From: Podarcis filfolensis
Taxonomy: Eukaryota
Strand: one strand, 5' to 3'
NCBI GenBank assembly: GCA_964270895.1
Contig: OZ185441.1
DNA length: 64,000 nucleotides
The notes under the pieces are model-generated. The model did not search any database. It worked only from the letters and a program-made list of their open reading frames with translations, and had not been told where the DNA came from. Below, piece after piece: positions 12,725 through 26,298 of the stretch. Position 1 is the stretch's first letter; each line of letters starts with the position of its first letter. The position numbers were made by a program, and so were the translations under genes.

Positions 12725-14267
12725 GTAAGTCTAATGCATAATAAAAAAATCAAAAGCTCCCGCCACCCTGGTTTTCAGCAGTTAACCTGCAACATCACAA
12801 TTAAGGTAGAAAAGAAAATAATCCTTCTGTATCTTCAGAATTTGTCTGTGCCAACAGTTGCTTTGATGTGGTTTATCCAGTGGGCTTCTAATCTATTTCA
12901 AGTTACGCCTGAATAACTATATATAGATTTTTTGGAATGTATTTCATAGAAATCTTCTTCAATGTATCTTTTCAGGATAGTTGACACTGAGTGCAAAAAA
13001 AACCTGCAAGCTGCAATAACATAGCAGGATAATACTCTCTAAAGTTGCTTTTATATTTACTGTATATGGGATAGGATGGCTTTTGTGCGTTAATCCAAGG
13101 AATTAACTTTAGCAAATTATTACAATTTATGGCTCTAGTTCAGAATCCTTTTCCATAATGGCATGAATTATTTTGACAACAGTAGAAGTCTATTTGAAAG
13201 TGTTTTCCATTGGTTCTAACAAACAGAATCCTGTTCTTATCTAAGAAAAATTTACAGCAGGCAATGTGAAATGAGCAATTCAATTATTGAGAACTGTGAA
13301 CAGACTATTTACCGAAAATTGTACTGATTGTCCTTTTATGGAATGTCTGACTTATAATTATTTTAGGCTACTTTCCTATCTGGAAGTATGCACTATTAAC
13401 AATGAGAATTCTGAGCAGATCTGTATAGAATAGTGCTGTTGACTATATGTATGTACCTCTCTTTTTCTGAAGAAGTCACTGAACGAGTTAGCATTGTTGT
13501 ATGAAAAGAGTTGAAAATGTTTGTAGGGGTCTAAATTATTTCTCAGCTTTTCAAGATTTTAAAGATGCAGCAGATTTTAGAAAAGGAAGTAGCCATCTTC
13601 ACCAAAAAACATACTACTGTTAAAAAAGACAGAGCTCATGCTCTAGGAACTTTAATAGTTGCATTTTCCCAATGACTACTCATAATTTGGCCTTTAGTGA
13701 TAAAAGTAGGATTGTTGTAAATTGTTTCTCTAGGAGCAGGAACAATATGGTCTGGGCAAGAATGGTCTGTTGTAATTAATATGTAATCGCCCAAGCCTTG
13801 AAAAAAGGGTGGGATGGTAGACCAGCTGGGAAAACCTACCTGTTGTCCTAAGTTCTTCAGAGTTAACAATGGAATAGAAATAAAGTAAATATGCATTTTT
13901 TATTTTAAATATTTTAAACCATTTTCCATCAAAGCATATACTTGTGTTAATGCAATGTAATTCACACATGACATAAAAATACATTCTAAAACCTATAATT
14001 GGCTAGGGCGATGCTTGGACCTTTGAACAAAAAGGAAGTCAAAGATGTGCTAAAGGAGGAAAATAGAGATTACAGAAAAGCTGAATGAATAGAATTTAAT
14101 ATTCCCCAAATCATATGTAAAAATGGCTTTGAACACTTCCAGTTGCAGTGATATTTGTAAAACGCTTCATTTCTGCACCAATAATTAACCAGAACCACGT
14201 TTTCTCTAATGACACTTAAAACTGAGCATATTGATCCCAGGTACTTCAGATTCAGGACTCCACTTAA

Positions 14268-14425
14268 CAGTGGTGTAGCGTGGGTTGTCAGCACCCGGGG
14301 CAAGGCAAGTAATTTGCGCCCCCTAACCCGTGGATTTGCGCCCCCTAACCCATGGATTTGCCCTAACCCCAGATGTTGCGCCCGGTGCGGCCCGCCCCCC
14401 CTGCACCCCCCACGCTACGCCACTG
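14268..14425. mobile_element. Intact hAT-superfamily MITE, 158 bp, perfect 8-bp TSD
   Basis: TSD ccacttaa at 14260-14267 and 14426-14433. TIR cagtggtgtagcgtggg / cccacgctacgccactg (16/17). Internal 22-bp tandem units. GC- and CpG-rich. Confidence 0.92.
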
Positions 14426-14787
14426 CCACTTAAGGCTTCATGCAAGCAACTGAATTTAGCCAATTTTTCTTTACCTATAGATTCTGAAGCAGAAAAAAAA
14501 ACTTTTCTAAGGTAACTACTCCAATAAACTCGCACAGCCCACATGGGCTGTGGAACTCTACCATGTGATTACACGTAGCAAATGACCAGGAGTGATACAA
14601 AAGTTTGTTTTATTACATCACTTCTAAAAAAATATTTTATTCATTGTTAGATTGATTGGGACAATTATTTTATTTATTGCCACTATAATTTTACAGTATG
14701 ATTGGCAATATTGTATTTTCTTCAAACAAAGCATCAAAGTATCCATTATTTTTAATTTATACTGCTTTGTATGGAACTGCATATATT

Positions 14788-14852
14788 CAAAGATTAAAGC
14801 TGACTCATTAATCTTTGGAGTGTTGAAAGTTGGCAGCTATTGTTACAATAGC
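14788..14852. promoter_or_regulatory. Candidate intronic enhancer: two adjacent palindromes with an AP-1/MARE core and SOX-type half sites
   Basis: caaagattaa-agctgactca-ttaatctttg (10-bp IR around GCTGACTCA) and gctattgt-t-acaatagc (8-bp IR). Motif evidence only. Confidence 0.35.
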
Positions 14853-15894
14853 ATCTTGCTGTCAATTAACCCAGCAAAGCTGCTGAGCACACGCAGACAT
14901 TGACTTATGTAGAAATGTATTCAATTGAGCAGTCATAGCACAAAATATGCATATAATTATTTAATATCGAAATTTGACAGCTGGTTATTGAGTATATATC
15001 AGTCCAACTTAAGGAATTATCCATTAGCTTTTATTTATTTTTAAATGATAAAAGTTTGAAATCCAAGCTTTTTTAACATAATCATTTTTATTAAAATTGT
15101 ATTAAAATTCTAGCTCTTCGTGTAGTGGACCCAGTAACTAAGAGTTATCAGACAGCATGAGAAAATATTTCCAACATATAGTCTAGGTCTGCTGGGAGCA
15201 GGGGCACATTTTGGATATTTGAAGCTGGTCACATCTGTAAAACTCATTTCTCTTTGCTACTGTATATAGGGAGGTCTTTATTTGTAGTGTCTCATCTCCT
15301 AGAGGCAGCCAACTATGACCTTCCTGTATAGCTATTCCCATATAGACATCTCATCACAGACATTGCAAAAGCAAAACATTACATCAGGCGCCTGCAGTTT
15401 CTAGCACTAATATGTTGTATTAATAGAATATCTATGGGTCCGTTCAGTAGTCCCACCATTTTTTCTTCTTCCTCTACCTGGCTGTAATGATGAAATTCAA
15501 AAACCTAGCTGCAAACATACACATGAGTCATGATCAAGAGCTGAGGTTGGGCATTGTAGCACTGAACATAACACCAGAGAAACAGGAGAAGCTTCCACAG
15601 TACATCTAAATTCCATGTTCCCATTTCTCTAAAAACAATTTCTATGAAATATTTGTGAATGCGGTGAAGTGAAAATGCTTTGGGGGACTGATCATTTTAA
15701 TTACTTTGTTAGCTGTCAGAGTTTCAGCATTATAGTTGACTGCTCTTGTGTTGCCCAACTAGGCCTTTTAATAATGATGATACAGCTTTGAATGAAGTAT
15801 TCATTTCGGAGCTGGATAGTGCTGCTGGCCATACTTCTGCTTCTGTACATGGTTCTGTACAAAAGCCCAATCACTTTTTAATTTACTGTATAAG

Positions 15895-16105
15895 TATTTT
15901 GCCCATTTAGCAGGGGGCCCAACCCCATCCAGAACAGATTGAGTTTCATCAGACTGACAGGTGAACAACTGACCAGCAGCACTTCTTTCTTACCTGAACT
16001 GAGTTTCAGTATATTGCTTCTCATCTGACTCATTAGGAATCTCAAACCCTGGTCTACCACCTCATCAAAATCAAATAAAAATAAGATGTAGGCCACATAT
16101 TGGAT
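15895..16105 (-). mobile_element. Decayed L2 LINE reverse transcriptase fragment
   Basis: Minus-strand translation QYVAYILFLF...SQMRSNILKLSSGKKEVLLVS resembles L2 RT QYADDTQLY...WMRANKLKLNPDKTEVLLV. The catalytic YADD is destroyed. Confidence 0.55.
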
Positions 16106-16969
16106 AACCACACTCTAAATTTCTGGATGACCTCACTGATCAGTTTATGTAGATAGCGAACAAATGCCATGTGGGCCCCTCAAAATAAGTGGCATCTTAT
16201 GGAATATGCCATTGAGATAAATACAGAAACACAACAGCACAGTGTCCCCAGCTTCCAGCCCAGGCAGCCTATACAGGAAGATACCGTAATTGCTTATATT
16301 GAAGCACCCACCTCATCTTTGAATTCCACAACATAGCTAAAAACATCAACAGGAACCCCAGACATGGCAGTGTGAAAACTACCCAAGGACACTCAGACAT
16401 CCTTCTGGGATGGGCCATTCTAATGGGTCTCCAGTGCCTGCACTCTTTGCTCAACTGCCCCCTTGTTCCTAGACCACCATCTCCTTCAACCTACTTGGAC
16501 AGAGCAACCTGCAGCCAAGGGTCCAAGATGGAAACAACACTACATCTTCCCATCTCAAACTCTTTGTTCCCCAACAAGAGAAGGAGATGGCAGCAACAGA
16601 GTAGCCTGCCAGTGACTGCAGTACATATCAGTATTTGAGTTATTGATTATGCTACTGCCACATACGTATTTTAAAAAGAGCTTAAAACCTCTTTACCTAG
16701 GTCTGTTCTCCCATAATGGATTTATTTGTGGACATCCCATAAATAAACTCATGTCTTCGTTTCCCCAGAATGGTTCTCTTATGCTAAGCTGCCTCTAGCA
16801 AAACAGACGTTAGGCTTCCCATTGAATGGAATTGAAGCATTTGTTGTATTTTGACCATTTTGGCATGGAGCATTTTTGTAATTTATTACATTTTAAATAT
16901 TTTCACAACATGTAGAAGTTGGAAGCTGCCCCACTTTCTGCAAAGGATGAAATGCATTCTTAATGAATT

Positions 16970-17222
16970 GAGAGCCAGTGTGGTGTAGTGGTTAAGAGCG
17001 GTAGTCTCGTAATCTGGGGAACCGGGTTCGCATCTCCGCTCCTCCACATGCAGCTGCTGGGTGACCTTGGGCCAGTCACACTTCTTTGAAGTCTCTCAGC
17101 CCCACTCACCTCACAGAGTGTTTGTTGTGGGGGAGGAAGGGAAAGGAGAATGTTAGCCGCTTTGAGACTCCTGAAGGGGAGTGAAAGGCGGGATATCAAA
17201 TCCAAACTCTTCTTCTTCTTCT
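16970..17222 (+). mobile_element. tRNA-derived MIR/Ther1-like SINE (Squam3-like), full length
   Basis: A box tggtgtagtgg at 16981, B box-like ggttcgcatc at 17025, CORE-like ctgggtgaccttgggccagtcac, L2-like 3' end and (TCT)n tail. About 95% identical to the copy at 40663 over the body. Confidence 0.85.
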
Positions 17223-17689
17223 AATATATAACTCATCATCAATTGAAATTTAGGTAGTAACAAATAATCATGCAAGGCTTTTGGGTACACAATATCCCTT
17301 GTGTTTTGTATATCTAAATTTTGGCAAGTGCAGTTTTTCAGGCAGTGCATTTCCTCAGCAGTGCTGCACAGCTCGCTTTCTACTAATGCTCATCATCAGC
17401 ATGTAATATTAACAAGCAATTTTTGACAAGCACCTTCAGATTAATTACAGTCCTTTTGCTGATCCTTCTTCATTTACAGATCACTGATCCAATAGATCGT
17501 AATGCTTTTCAAATGAAGGGTTCTTAATGGATTTTTAAAATACGGCTTTTCTGGTAGCTCATACACTTGCAGCAGTAGAATTATCATTTTAAATGCTTGA
17601 TGAAATTTTCAGGCCCTCATATGCATACAATATGAGAAGAAGAAGATAATATATATAAGGTTTGTAATATTAATGTTAGGCTTAATGCT

Positions 17690-17955
17690 CGTTTGTTTAT
17701 TTCACAGCAGTTATATCGCCTTTGATTCTAATAAAAGTGCTTTACAAAAAGAATAAATCAGTAAAATGATCAGTAAAAAACAGTTAAAAACAAATATTTA
17801 AAATATTCATACATTCAAAAAAAGAAACCTGAAATCAATAATAAGCTGTAACACATGGTTAAACACATGACAACTTCTGCATGTCTGGATAGGCTTGCTT
17901 AAACAAAAATATATTTAGCAGATGCTGAAAAGACTACAGTGAAGATGCCCACCTC
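17690..17955 (-). mobile_element. L2 LINE 3' end fragment
   Basis: gtttgtttattt..ttatatcgcc..aaagtgctttaca, an A-rich stretch, then catgtctggataggcttgcttaaacaaaaat..tagcagatgctgaaaagactacagtgaagatgcc: the reverse-strand appearance of a lizard L2 3' end (recalled). Confidence 0.5.
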
Positions 17956-20900
17956 GTGCCATGCATCCTTCTCTATGATTTTAACTTGAGTGTATCTGAT
18001 TGATGATCTTCAGCCTGCATAAAAAAGTACTTTCTTTTATTTAGAAAAGTTAGCTTTTATATCTAAAAACAACAACACATTTTCCTAATAAAGTTAACTT
18101 GTTGCTGGACTTGTCTGTCCTTTAAAAAAAAGAAAAAGCTTTGGGTTTCCCCCCCAGAGATGTGGCAGTTAACTTTGGTCAGGAACTTTATGAAGTGACA
18201 GGATAGTTTCACCCACACTGTATGTTTCAGTCCTCAAGCAGACTCGATTCATACACCTACTGCTGGCAACTGCTTGAGCAGTGACTGAAAAAGTGTTATC
18301 TCAGTTAGCCATTAGTCTTGCAATATACCCTCTTCCTTGAATCCTGCATTCAGAAACATTGCCCTGTGACTTAGTGTTACATTTAAAACTTCCAGACATT
18401 CACTTCTTCATTCCATTCATTCCGATCATTTATCGTCTAGCCTCTTGCCTACAGGGGACCTGTTTATAACACTGTGGAAAATACAGTGTGTACTCTGCTT
18501 AGTTTCTGTATGCAGTTCACTCTTAGTCAAGGAATGTATTTGCTTAAGATATTTAGGTTTCCTCCTTCCATGTGGGTAATAGTTTTCACTGAAAACACCC
18601 TCAGATCGTTAAAGCCTAAGAGGAGTAATACAAATTACCTATTTTGTGATGGGAAATAGAGTTGGACTGGCCAAGCAAAGATAACGCTTCCAATTTGAAA
18701 TCATGGAAGATTGGAAAATATATTGGATAATTATTTTAAACCATCTCAAGTAAAGATGACAAAATAGCAAGCGAGCTTTTGAGTTACTGAGAGTTTTTCT
18801 TTGGATTGAACATTCAATGAAAAGCACTGGGGGGCATGTATCTATGACAATATATAGTGACCTTTAGATGGTGATGCTGATTCTGGATGCTTGCTGCAGA
18901 ATCACTAGGATAGTTTGGGCACAGAGCAAAAGATCGTATGTTACACCATATCAGCTTGCAACAACAAAGCAAAAGCCACTTTCCTTAGATGATATAAAAG
19001 CTAGCAATTATTCAGATCTGTCTCTAGCATTTTTGGGAACCTTGGAACAAAGTGAGCAGACAAAAAGAAAGAAAGAAAACATAGCAATGTTTATATTCAT
19101 CAAACTGGAAATTAGTTATAAATAACACACAAGGTATGAAATGACTGGAAGATATATACATCATATTTGAAGGGCATGTTCACCTACTCTGTAGGCAAAA
19201 GTTTCATATAGGTATTTGTAAGTCTTAAATGTTTCTAATAAAGCTTTTAAATAGTGGAATAGCATGGGATAAGTTTGTGGACTTTGTCTAAGAGAAGAGA
19301 ACATGCTTTCCAAGCACACAGTAATAAAATATACTAATAATGCAATCATTCTCAGAGTGCCTGTCCTAGTGTAGCCAAAATACACCATTCATATCAGCAA
19401 GCTTGGGAAATTCCGAGGTGTTTAAAATGACAAAAACACGCTATTTAGAATACTGTATAAAGGGGGAGGACATCAAAACACCCCACTGAGGGCTAACTGT
19501 GTTCCATGGGCACATATTTCTGATTGACTTGAGAGTGGCAGAAAATCGAGTGGGGAAATGCTGAAAGAGGGCATGTTTGGTTGGCCAGAAACCTTTCAGG
19601 AGCACTCCTCCCCATTGCACTGTTTTGTTGTAATTCCCACTTGTGGCTTCTGTTTTCATTCCTAGGCTATTTTATGAAATGTATTTCCAGGTTTTCATAG
19701 CCATGAGATCCACTGTTTCTGAAAGTGTACATAGTATTTGCTTCCATTTCCCCAAGAATAGTTAGATGTGCTGCTGTCGTAGTAACATGTTTCAAAACAT
19801 TGACTGATTTGTGAAGTAACCATTTAAAGAGACGCATTCCACTGACATGAACAATAAAAAAGTTAAATTCATGCTTTAGGGCAATGGCTTTTTATTGCGT
19901 TTATATTGCTTCAAGTCGAACAGCTTCTGGCACATGTAATTATTTATAAGCTAGCTCACTTGTTTTCTAGTCTCATCATTTCCCCCCACCTCAACTCTGC
20001 TGAAGAGCATTTCTCAAGAGGCCATCTCTGGACTTTAAAAAGGTCTTGGCTTATTTATGGTTATAACCATTTGCAAAAGCAAATGCCGTGAGTTGTTTGA
20101 TTACAACTTAGGTAACTGCGCCTAAATCCCATTTTGCAAGTATTTAAGAACTTAAGCTCCACTGACTTCAGCAGATCTAAAAGACAAAATAGACATGGGA
20201 GAACTGTCATCACAAACACACCAAAGAAGAATCCTGGTGAGTGGAGGGAGAGACAGATACAACTGTGTACCTGTCTTCTTCCCACCCTCTGCAGCTAATA
20301 GCAGCCTGGAGTGAGCGTGATTTTTATATAAGGAGGAGAGTGCCATGAAAAGGAATTTCCAAAATTTCCTCCACTTTGGTCCCAATCCAGATTGGAGAGA
20401 GAGGGTTGTAGATGTAGAAATGAGAGGTGGAGAGGTTGCTTGTTTGGCACTGTGCTGTCAAGATGATCTGCACAACTGCCAGGCAACCCCCAGTCTTCCT
20501 CCCATTCTTGGAGTTCAGAATATGCAGCAACTTGATTGTTCTTTACCCACTTTATGCAGTTCCAAGGTAAACAAATCCATAACAATTTGAAATCACTATG
20601 AATGCATTGCAACATTCTTAGCAAAATAATGTTAATTCAAACAACATTGTGTGTTGAGGACAGTTGCAAGGATAGTTACCAGTGACTATTGATTGAAACT
20701 TCCAGAGTATCTAGGCAACAGAATCACACTAAATACCAAACTTACAGAGTGGTCTTCTTGAAAAGACAAACAGCGCCTTGCTTTAACCTATAAAACAGTT
20801 AACATATTTGAGTGCTCACATAGCATGCCAGCACTTCATGTAAGAAAAATTACAGCCAAATTTCCTTAAGTAGTTTGTAAGCAGATTCTTGGGGTGCCAG

Positions 20901-22539
20901 TAGGTAATGATGGTTTTCACATCTGTGCTGAATGTGGACCACAGGTCAAGGTTTCTTTCCATAGTACACCTCTGCATGTTCTATGTCCTAAACACCTGAA
21001 GATGAGTAAACCCTACTGAACTTAGCTGTGTAAACCAGCAGAAGTTTGGGCTATAGGCTGGTCACACGAAAGAGACAGGACTTGTAGAAATGCAGTTGAC
21101 TTGTGCTTCTGATGTAAAGTGTGAAGCACGTACTCTTAAATCTTGCATATTCACACACCCCTTTTCTCAAGGAGTGTCAGGGTGGTATATATTGAACTAT
21201 TTATTTTTAATTTCTCCTAATGCATATTTTCCTAAGGATGTCATCATGCTGCAGTTTGCATGGCTGCCAACAGGTGGCACTGTGAACTACAGAGCTGCTA
21301 AGCCATGAGAGCAGGAATGTGAGGAGTAGGGAACTGGAGTTTCAGACAGGCTGGCATGTGGCCCAAGCTAAAAAACGAACAACCATGCAGCACAGACAGG
21401 CATGTGGCCCAGGCCAGCAAGCAGAGGTTTGATTATGTCTAAGGAAAAGAGTGATTTTGGTAAGGAGTGTAGAGAGGGAGGGAGGGGCTTCAGTAAGGTG
21501 TGAAGGGGTAAGTGGCTTTGGCAAAGGGGCAAGGCTAGATGAGGTTGGTCACACACAAATCCAGTGAGGAGTTTTAAGCTATGAAATCTTGAATTGCCCA
21601 ACACCACCCCAAAAGCTGCATGGCTGAGTGAAGAATTAAACAAGTCTTCCCATTCCAAGTCCATATCTCTACACGTCAGCACTGCTCTGTGCATGAATTA
21701 TTGAACCATCCGGACAAGTTTTCCTTACTGAACATGCCATTTTATAATGGTAGCTTGAAACTGGTTTTGAGAGAATGACATTCATGTTGTTGGGGCTCCG
21801 TCTTCTGAAATCACCATGCTAAGTGCAAGGAATTTCTGCTTTTATGCTGGCATAAGCAGCTGTTTAAAGCCAGATTGAGCAGCTTACAGCTAAATAATTT
21901 TGTCTCCTGTTTTAGTAGAGCAAATAATATTTAGCGATGGTGCTGAAAACTAAATGTGGAGATGTAACAGAAAATTAGCTGACAGTTCTCAGTGACTGCT
22001 ATCATGCAGCAAATGTTAAGCCAGTTCTCATGATCATTTCCCCGATGCAACTCTTAATAAATGCAAACCTTCGTTTTAGTAATGACCTTTAGTAATGTGA
22101 GCCTTGATCCATTGAGATGCCATTCACTTGTGATGCATCTCCAAATCCCATTTTTATGCATTTTAAATCAACACACGCTTGCTCTGAATTTATGCATGTG
22201 CATAGAAGGAGATGTAATTTAAACACATCTGTTCAAATATGCATTTCAGATAAACTTGGTGCTGGTTCTCATAATGTGGCTGAGTTTTTGACGTGTATTA
22301 TATCCCCAAAGTACACACCAGATGGTATTTATTAGAGATTTAATGGAAATGAAGTTTAAGGATGTTGAGCTTTTGTCTTAAGTCTCTCATTTTAAAGTCA
22401 TAAAACAGTAATGATCTGAAGTTATAAATCTTTAATGAAGTTTTGTACAGGGTTTCATTTGTATGGCAAGTGTAGACTGTTTAAGGATAAGTAACACTCA
22501 GAATGCAATTAAAGCAGAGGATTCTGTTGGTTGGTAGAT

Positions 22540-22562
22540 GATAGATAGATAGATAGATAGAT

Positions 22563-22610
<48 letters not shown>
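22540..22610. repeat. (GATA)5 GAT (GATA)12 Bkm-type microsatellite
   Basis: Counted directly. Confidence 0.95.
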
Positions 22611-22612
<2 letters not shown>

Positions 22613-25600
22613 CGCCACCATGTCAATAAGCCTAGAAAGAAAAAGCCAAAGGAACTTAAGATATCTCAGTTTATAATCAAATGTATCAATTGCTGCCTAA
22701 ATCTGAATTGTCCACTTATTTCCTCTATTCAAAAATACTCTGCAGAAGAGTCCTTTCTGCCTGTTTTATAGTATTTATAACGTGTTGATATTTAACATTT
22801 ATTCATAGGATGGGAAATAAATTCTTCCTACCACTTGGCATGATATAGATAGGAAATTTACCAAGCATATATGTCAAACACGCTGTGGAAAGTTATCGGA
22901 TGATGAATTACTTGATAGATACACCTTTTAGTGGCTCATTCAAATAACATACAGTACGACATGTTTCTGGAAGGGGGCAGCTCAGTACTTCAGGCGGATA
23001 GGTTAATGAAAATGTTCATAGTCAGGATGCTGAAAATCTGAGGGCAATGGTGATTAAAACAAAGATTTCCTATTGAAGGTTGTGCTTGAATGGTTGTATA
23101 TTTGCAGTAGCCCACTTCTCTTTAAATCTTGGATTGCTGCAAATTTTGCTTCCTCTGTTTCCGAGTTCAGCCAGTGTGTGTCAAAGGTTACGTCTGATGG
23201 GAGCGAGTAGCCAAGAGCTTAGATGAGGAAGTCTTCTTTCTGGGAATTAGCTGGTAGTAGTGTGCCACAAGAGTTAAAAGGAGAAGAGATGAAAAGCCTT
23301 GACAAAATGCTGATTTGTGGAGTGGGTGGGCACCTCTCAGAACCCAAGCTCTAGTTACTGTGACCTAATGTGTCTAGGAAAGCATTGCCATTGTTTGTTC
23401 TTCCCTCTGGTATATGAAGCAATGGAAACAAATTGCATTTTTTAAAAGCCTGAAAGACGTATTTGCATTTTAAAATATTCACTGTTTGTAGAGTGTTGCA
23501 GTGTGTTGTCATTACAGACTTTTAAAAGGAAATGCAACAGTGAAAAGTCATTTTGTACTTCGGCGCAACTAGAGCACAAAGGAAAGTGCCTGACAGAGTA
23601 GGCTGCAGTAATATATCAGCTGCTTATAGAATACATTTTACAATATATGAAACAATGTAATTGTTCTGCACCGGGAGCATGTACATGAATAAAAGATGTT
23701 AGCAGGTGTCCTGCCTGTGAGGAGTCTCCTGCTGATGTATTTATTGGAAGTATGAACATCATCAACAGATTTGAGTTTGTTAAAAGTAATCCAAACAGAA
23801 GGCTTAAATAATGAATTTATAATAGAACACACAGTAACTGGCATTTTAAAAAAGAACTTCCTTAAACTGGGTGGTATTCAACTATGTTTTACTCAGTGTA
23901 GACACATTTCAATTGCAGAGCAAGGATAAGGATGTTGGAGTAATTTCCATTTATTTGAGTAGTTTTATTCTAGTAAAACTTCCTTGAATACCACATACTG
24001 AATTTACATTTTCTGTTTTTCAGTATGGATCCCAATGATTTTATTTTCTGCTGCTACAAAGTGTTTTATGACACTGTTATACTTTTCTTAAAGATGTGTC
24101 AGGCCCTAGTTTCTAAACATCTGTTTGTGCTTTTTTCATTTACTTGTATACTACATGGCACAATTGGAATATATAGATAGTTTTTGGTGTAGATGTTTGA
24201 TTTATACACTCAGATAGTTAGCAAATGAAAGGGTGACACTCAATGCATATTTGTATCCTTTCACCAAGAATCATTTTCTGAATGCTTCCTCCATCCCAGA
24301 TGGTAAAGCTTAGGACCATTCATATGAATGGAAGCAATACTAAAGATACCCTGTTCCCATGCAGGTTAGGGCTTTAGAGGTGAGAACCAGCCACTTCCAT
24401 TTCTTATAGAGCGTGCAAGATTTCATGCAATTTTGGGTGGGTTCTCACCCAAAAGTGAGGGAGGAAGCTAGGCTGCAGCATTTCCTTGACAGACTGATTT
24501 CTATTTGAATAGGTTGTTTTTATAAGGATGAGCATTTGGTCATTCGATATTATTACTGCAATCTGAAGTAATGCAGCTCAGACATGGGTCTACTGGCAGA
24601 TTCTTTTTTGCACAGTCCTTTTTTGCATTTGGTTTAGGAATAGGTGCTCAATATGTACATACTGGAAATATTTTCAGACCCCTGGGATTGTTTTAAGCTT
24701 CCAAATTAGAATGCAATACCCCAACAGCTCCTTATTTTTTCTGAGAAAAAATAATAATAAATCCTAATTTAAAAAATTGGTCAAGAAAAAGAGGATGTTG
24801 GAGTAATTTCATTTTTTCTTTTATGAATTACTGATTTTGTACATCCTTTTTACTTTTAAAATGTGTTTGTGTTATTGTCTATAAGAATGTTAGGAGAACC
24901 ATAGGGATCTTATGATTTAGGTCAGGCCTGCTGCTCTTCTTTATCCAAGTTTTCATTTTGTTTGGAAAGAAACATTTAGGGAGGGAAATGCATTAGTTTT
25001 TAATTTCCATATTAGCACCAAAATTATTCCATGTCAATCAGAGAGGGTTTTTGGTTTTTTTTCTTGGATGGAACACATGTCATGGACATTTCACTGAATC
25101 TAGCATGACTGAAACTTACCATTCACGTTCCCATAGAAACTGGGAAATACACATGCAGTGGATGTCATTACCAATGCTGTAGGTATCACATGCTTTAGCT
25201 AATGCCAGCTGTGTCATTAAAATGACTGGTATAACTAAACTGTAACTGCTTTTTGTCAAATATAATGTGCATCTTATTAATCTTCGAGATGTCAGACAGT
25301 GCTACTTGCCATTCATTTGTAGAGTCGTATAGCTTGCCTCATTTAAGCCTGTCAGAGCTGCATATCTTTCCCATGTGAAGCAAGGACAGAATTCAGAATG
25401 TTTCTGTATTATAATTTTGGAGTACATATTTATGCAAATCCTGGAAGAGCTAAAAAATATGCTCAGTATATGTCAGTGTGCATTCTTGGATGTGCTGACA
25501 TTGCACAATTGCCACATCCCCTTGGTAGTCCACACCCCATACCCTAGAAGGGGAATATTCCAGTATTCAGCATACCATCTACAAAAATGGCTTACCATCA

Positions 25601-26117
25601 ACAGCATGGGTTAGAAAGGTCCCATTCTCTTCCAGTGTGCTTCCGATGAGGCTAGCTAGCCTGGAAGCCCTGGAAATCGCTGTGGAGATATGCCCTGAAG
25701 TATTGTAGTCTAGCTGGTCATTCGCTTTCAAAAATTATACCTTCCTAACCTCTTCCTTGCTCTCTGGGCTGACATCTACGTTGCAAATATAAAATGGTTT
25801 AACTGTTACGGCTTCCCTGAAACAACCCTGAGAATTTTAGTTTTTTGTATCATGCCGAGAATGATCTCTTAGAAATTCTAAGCTTCCTTGCAGAACTAAA
25901 ATTTATGGGTGTATTGGAGAGAAACCATGACAGTTAAGCTAGTTGAATTTTGTAGTTTGGGCTTTTCCTTATATAAAGCTATATTTAATGGTTGTCAGTT
26001 TCCATAGGTAAATGCTTTGTATGTTATGCAACACTCTAAATGCCTAATATTTTGCTAGGGGAAGAAGCTAATATGTCCAGTCTTCAGCTTAACACTTCTT
26101 GTTTTCATTCGTTTCAG

Positions 26118-26298
26118 AGTGCCTGGAATAACAATTGCCACAGACATCATTTGTGGGTTTCCAGGGGAAACAGATGAAGATTTTCAAGAAACCATGAAGC
26201 TTGTAGAAGAGTATAAGTTTCCAAGTCTTTTTATTAACCAGTTTTACCCACGCCCTGGGACTCCTGCTGCAAAAATGCATCAAGTTCCAGCCCAAGTA
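26118..26298 (+). CDS. CDKAL1: CDKAL1 internal coding exon (181 nt)
   Basis: Acceptor ttcattcgtttcAG ends at 26117 and donor GTAAGT starts at 26299. Encodes (K)[60 protein letters not shown], with the MTTase GFPGET and RPGTPA motifs. Confidence 0.97.

Noticed and set aside
14312-14370. CRISPR-like or interstitial telomere array
   Set aside because: There are no unique spacers and no cas genes in this vertebrate intron. The CCCTAA motifs are isolated within 22-bp MITE units and do not form a (TTAGGG)n array.
16269-16560. Possible further L2 ORF2 remnant (LDPW / LKEMVV on the minus strand)
   Set aside because: Only two short motifs in different frames. Too weak to call.
21343-21413. Imperfect direct repeat cagacaggc..atgtggccca resembling p53 half sites
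   Set aside because: Both copies miss the RRRCWWGYYY 3' pyrimidines, and they are about 50 bp apart.
24431-24454. 9-bp perfect hairpin ttttgggtg / cacccaaaa, and 14-bp palindromes at 25649-25662 and 46412-46425
   Set aside because: Within chance expectation for a window this size, with no supporting context.
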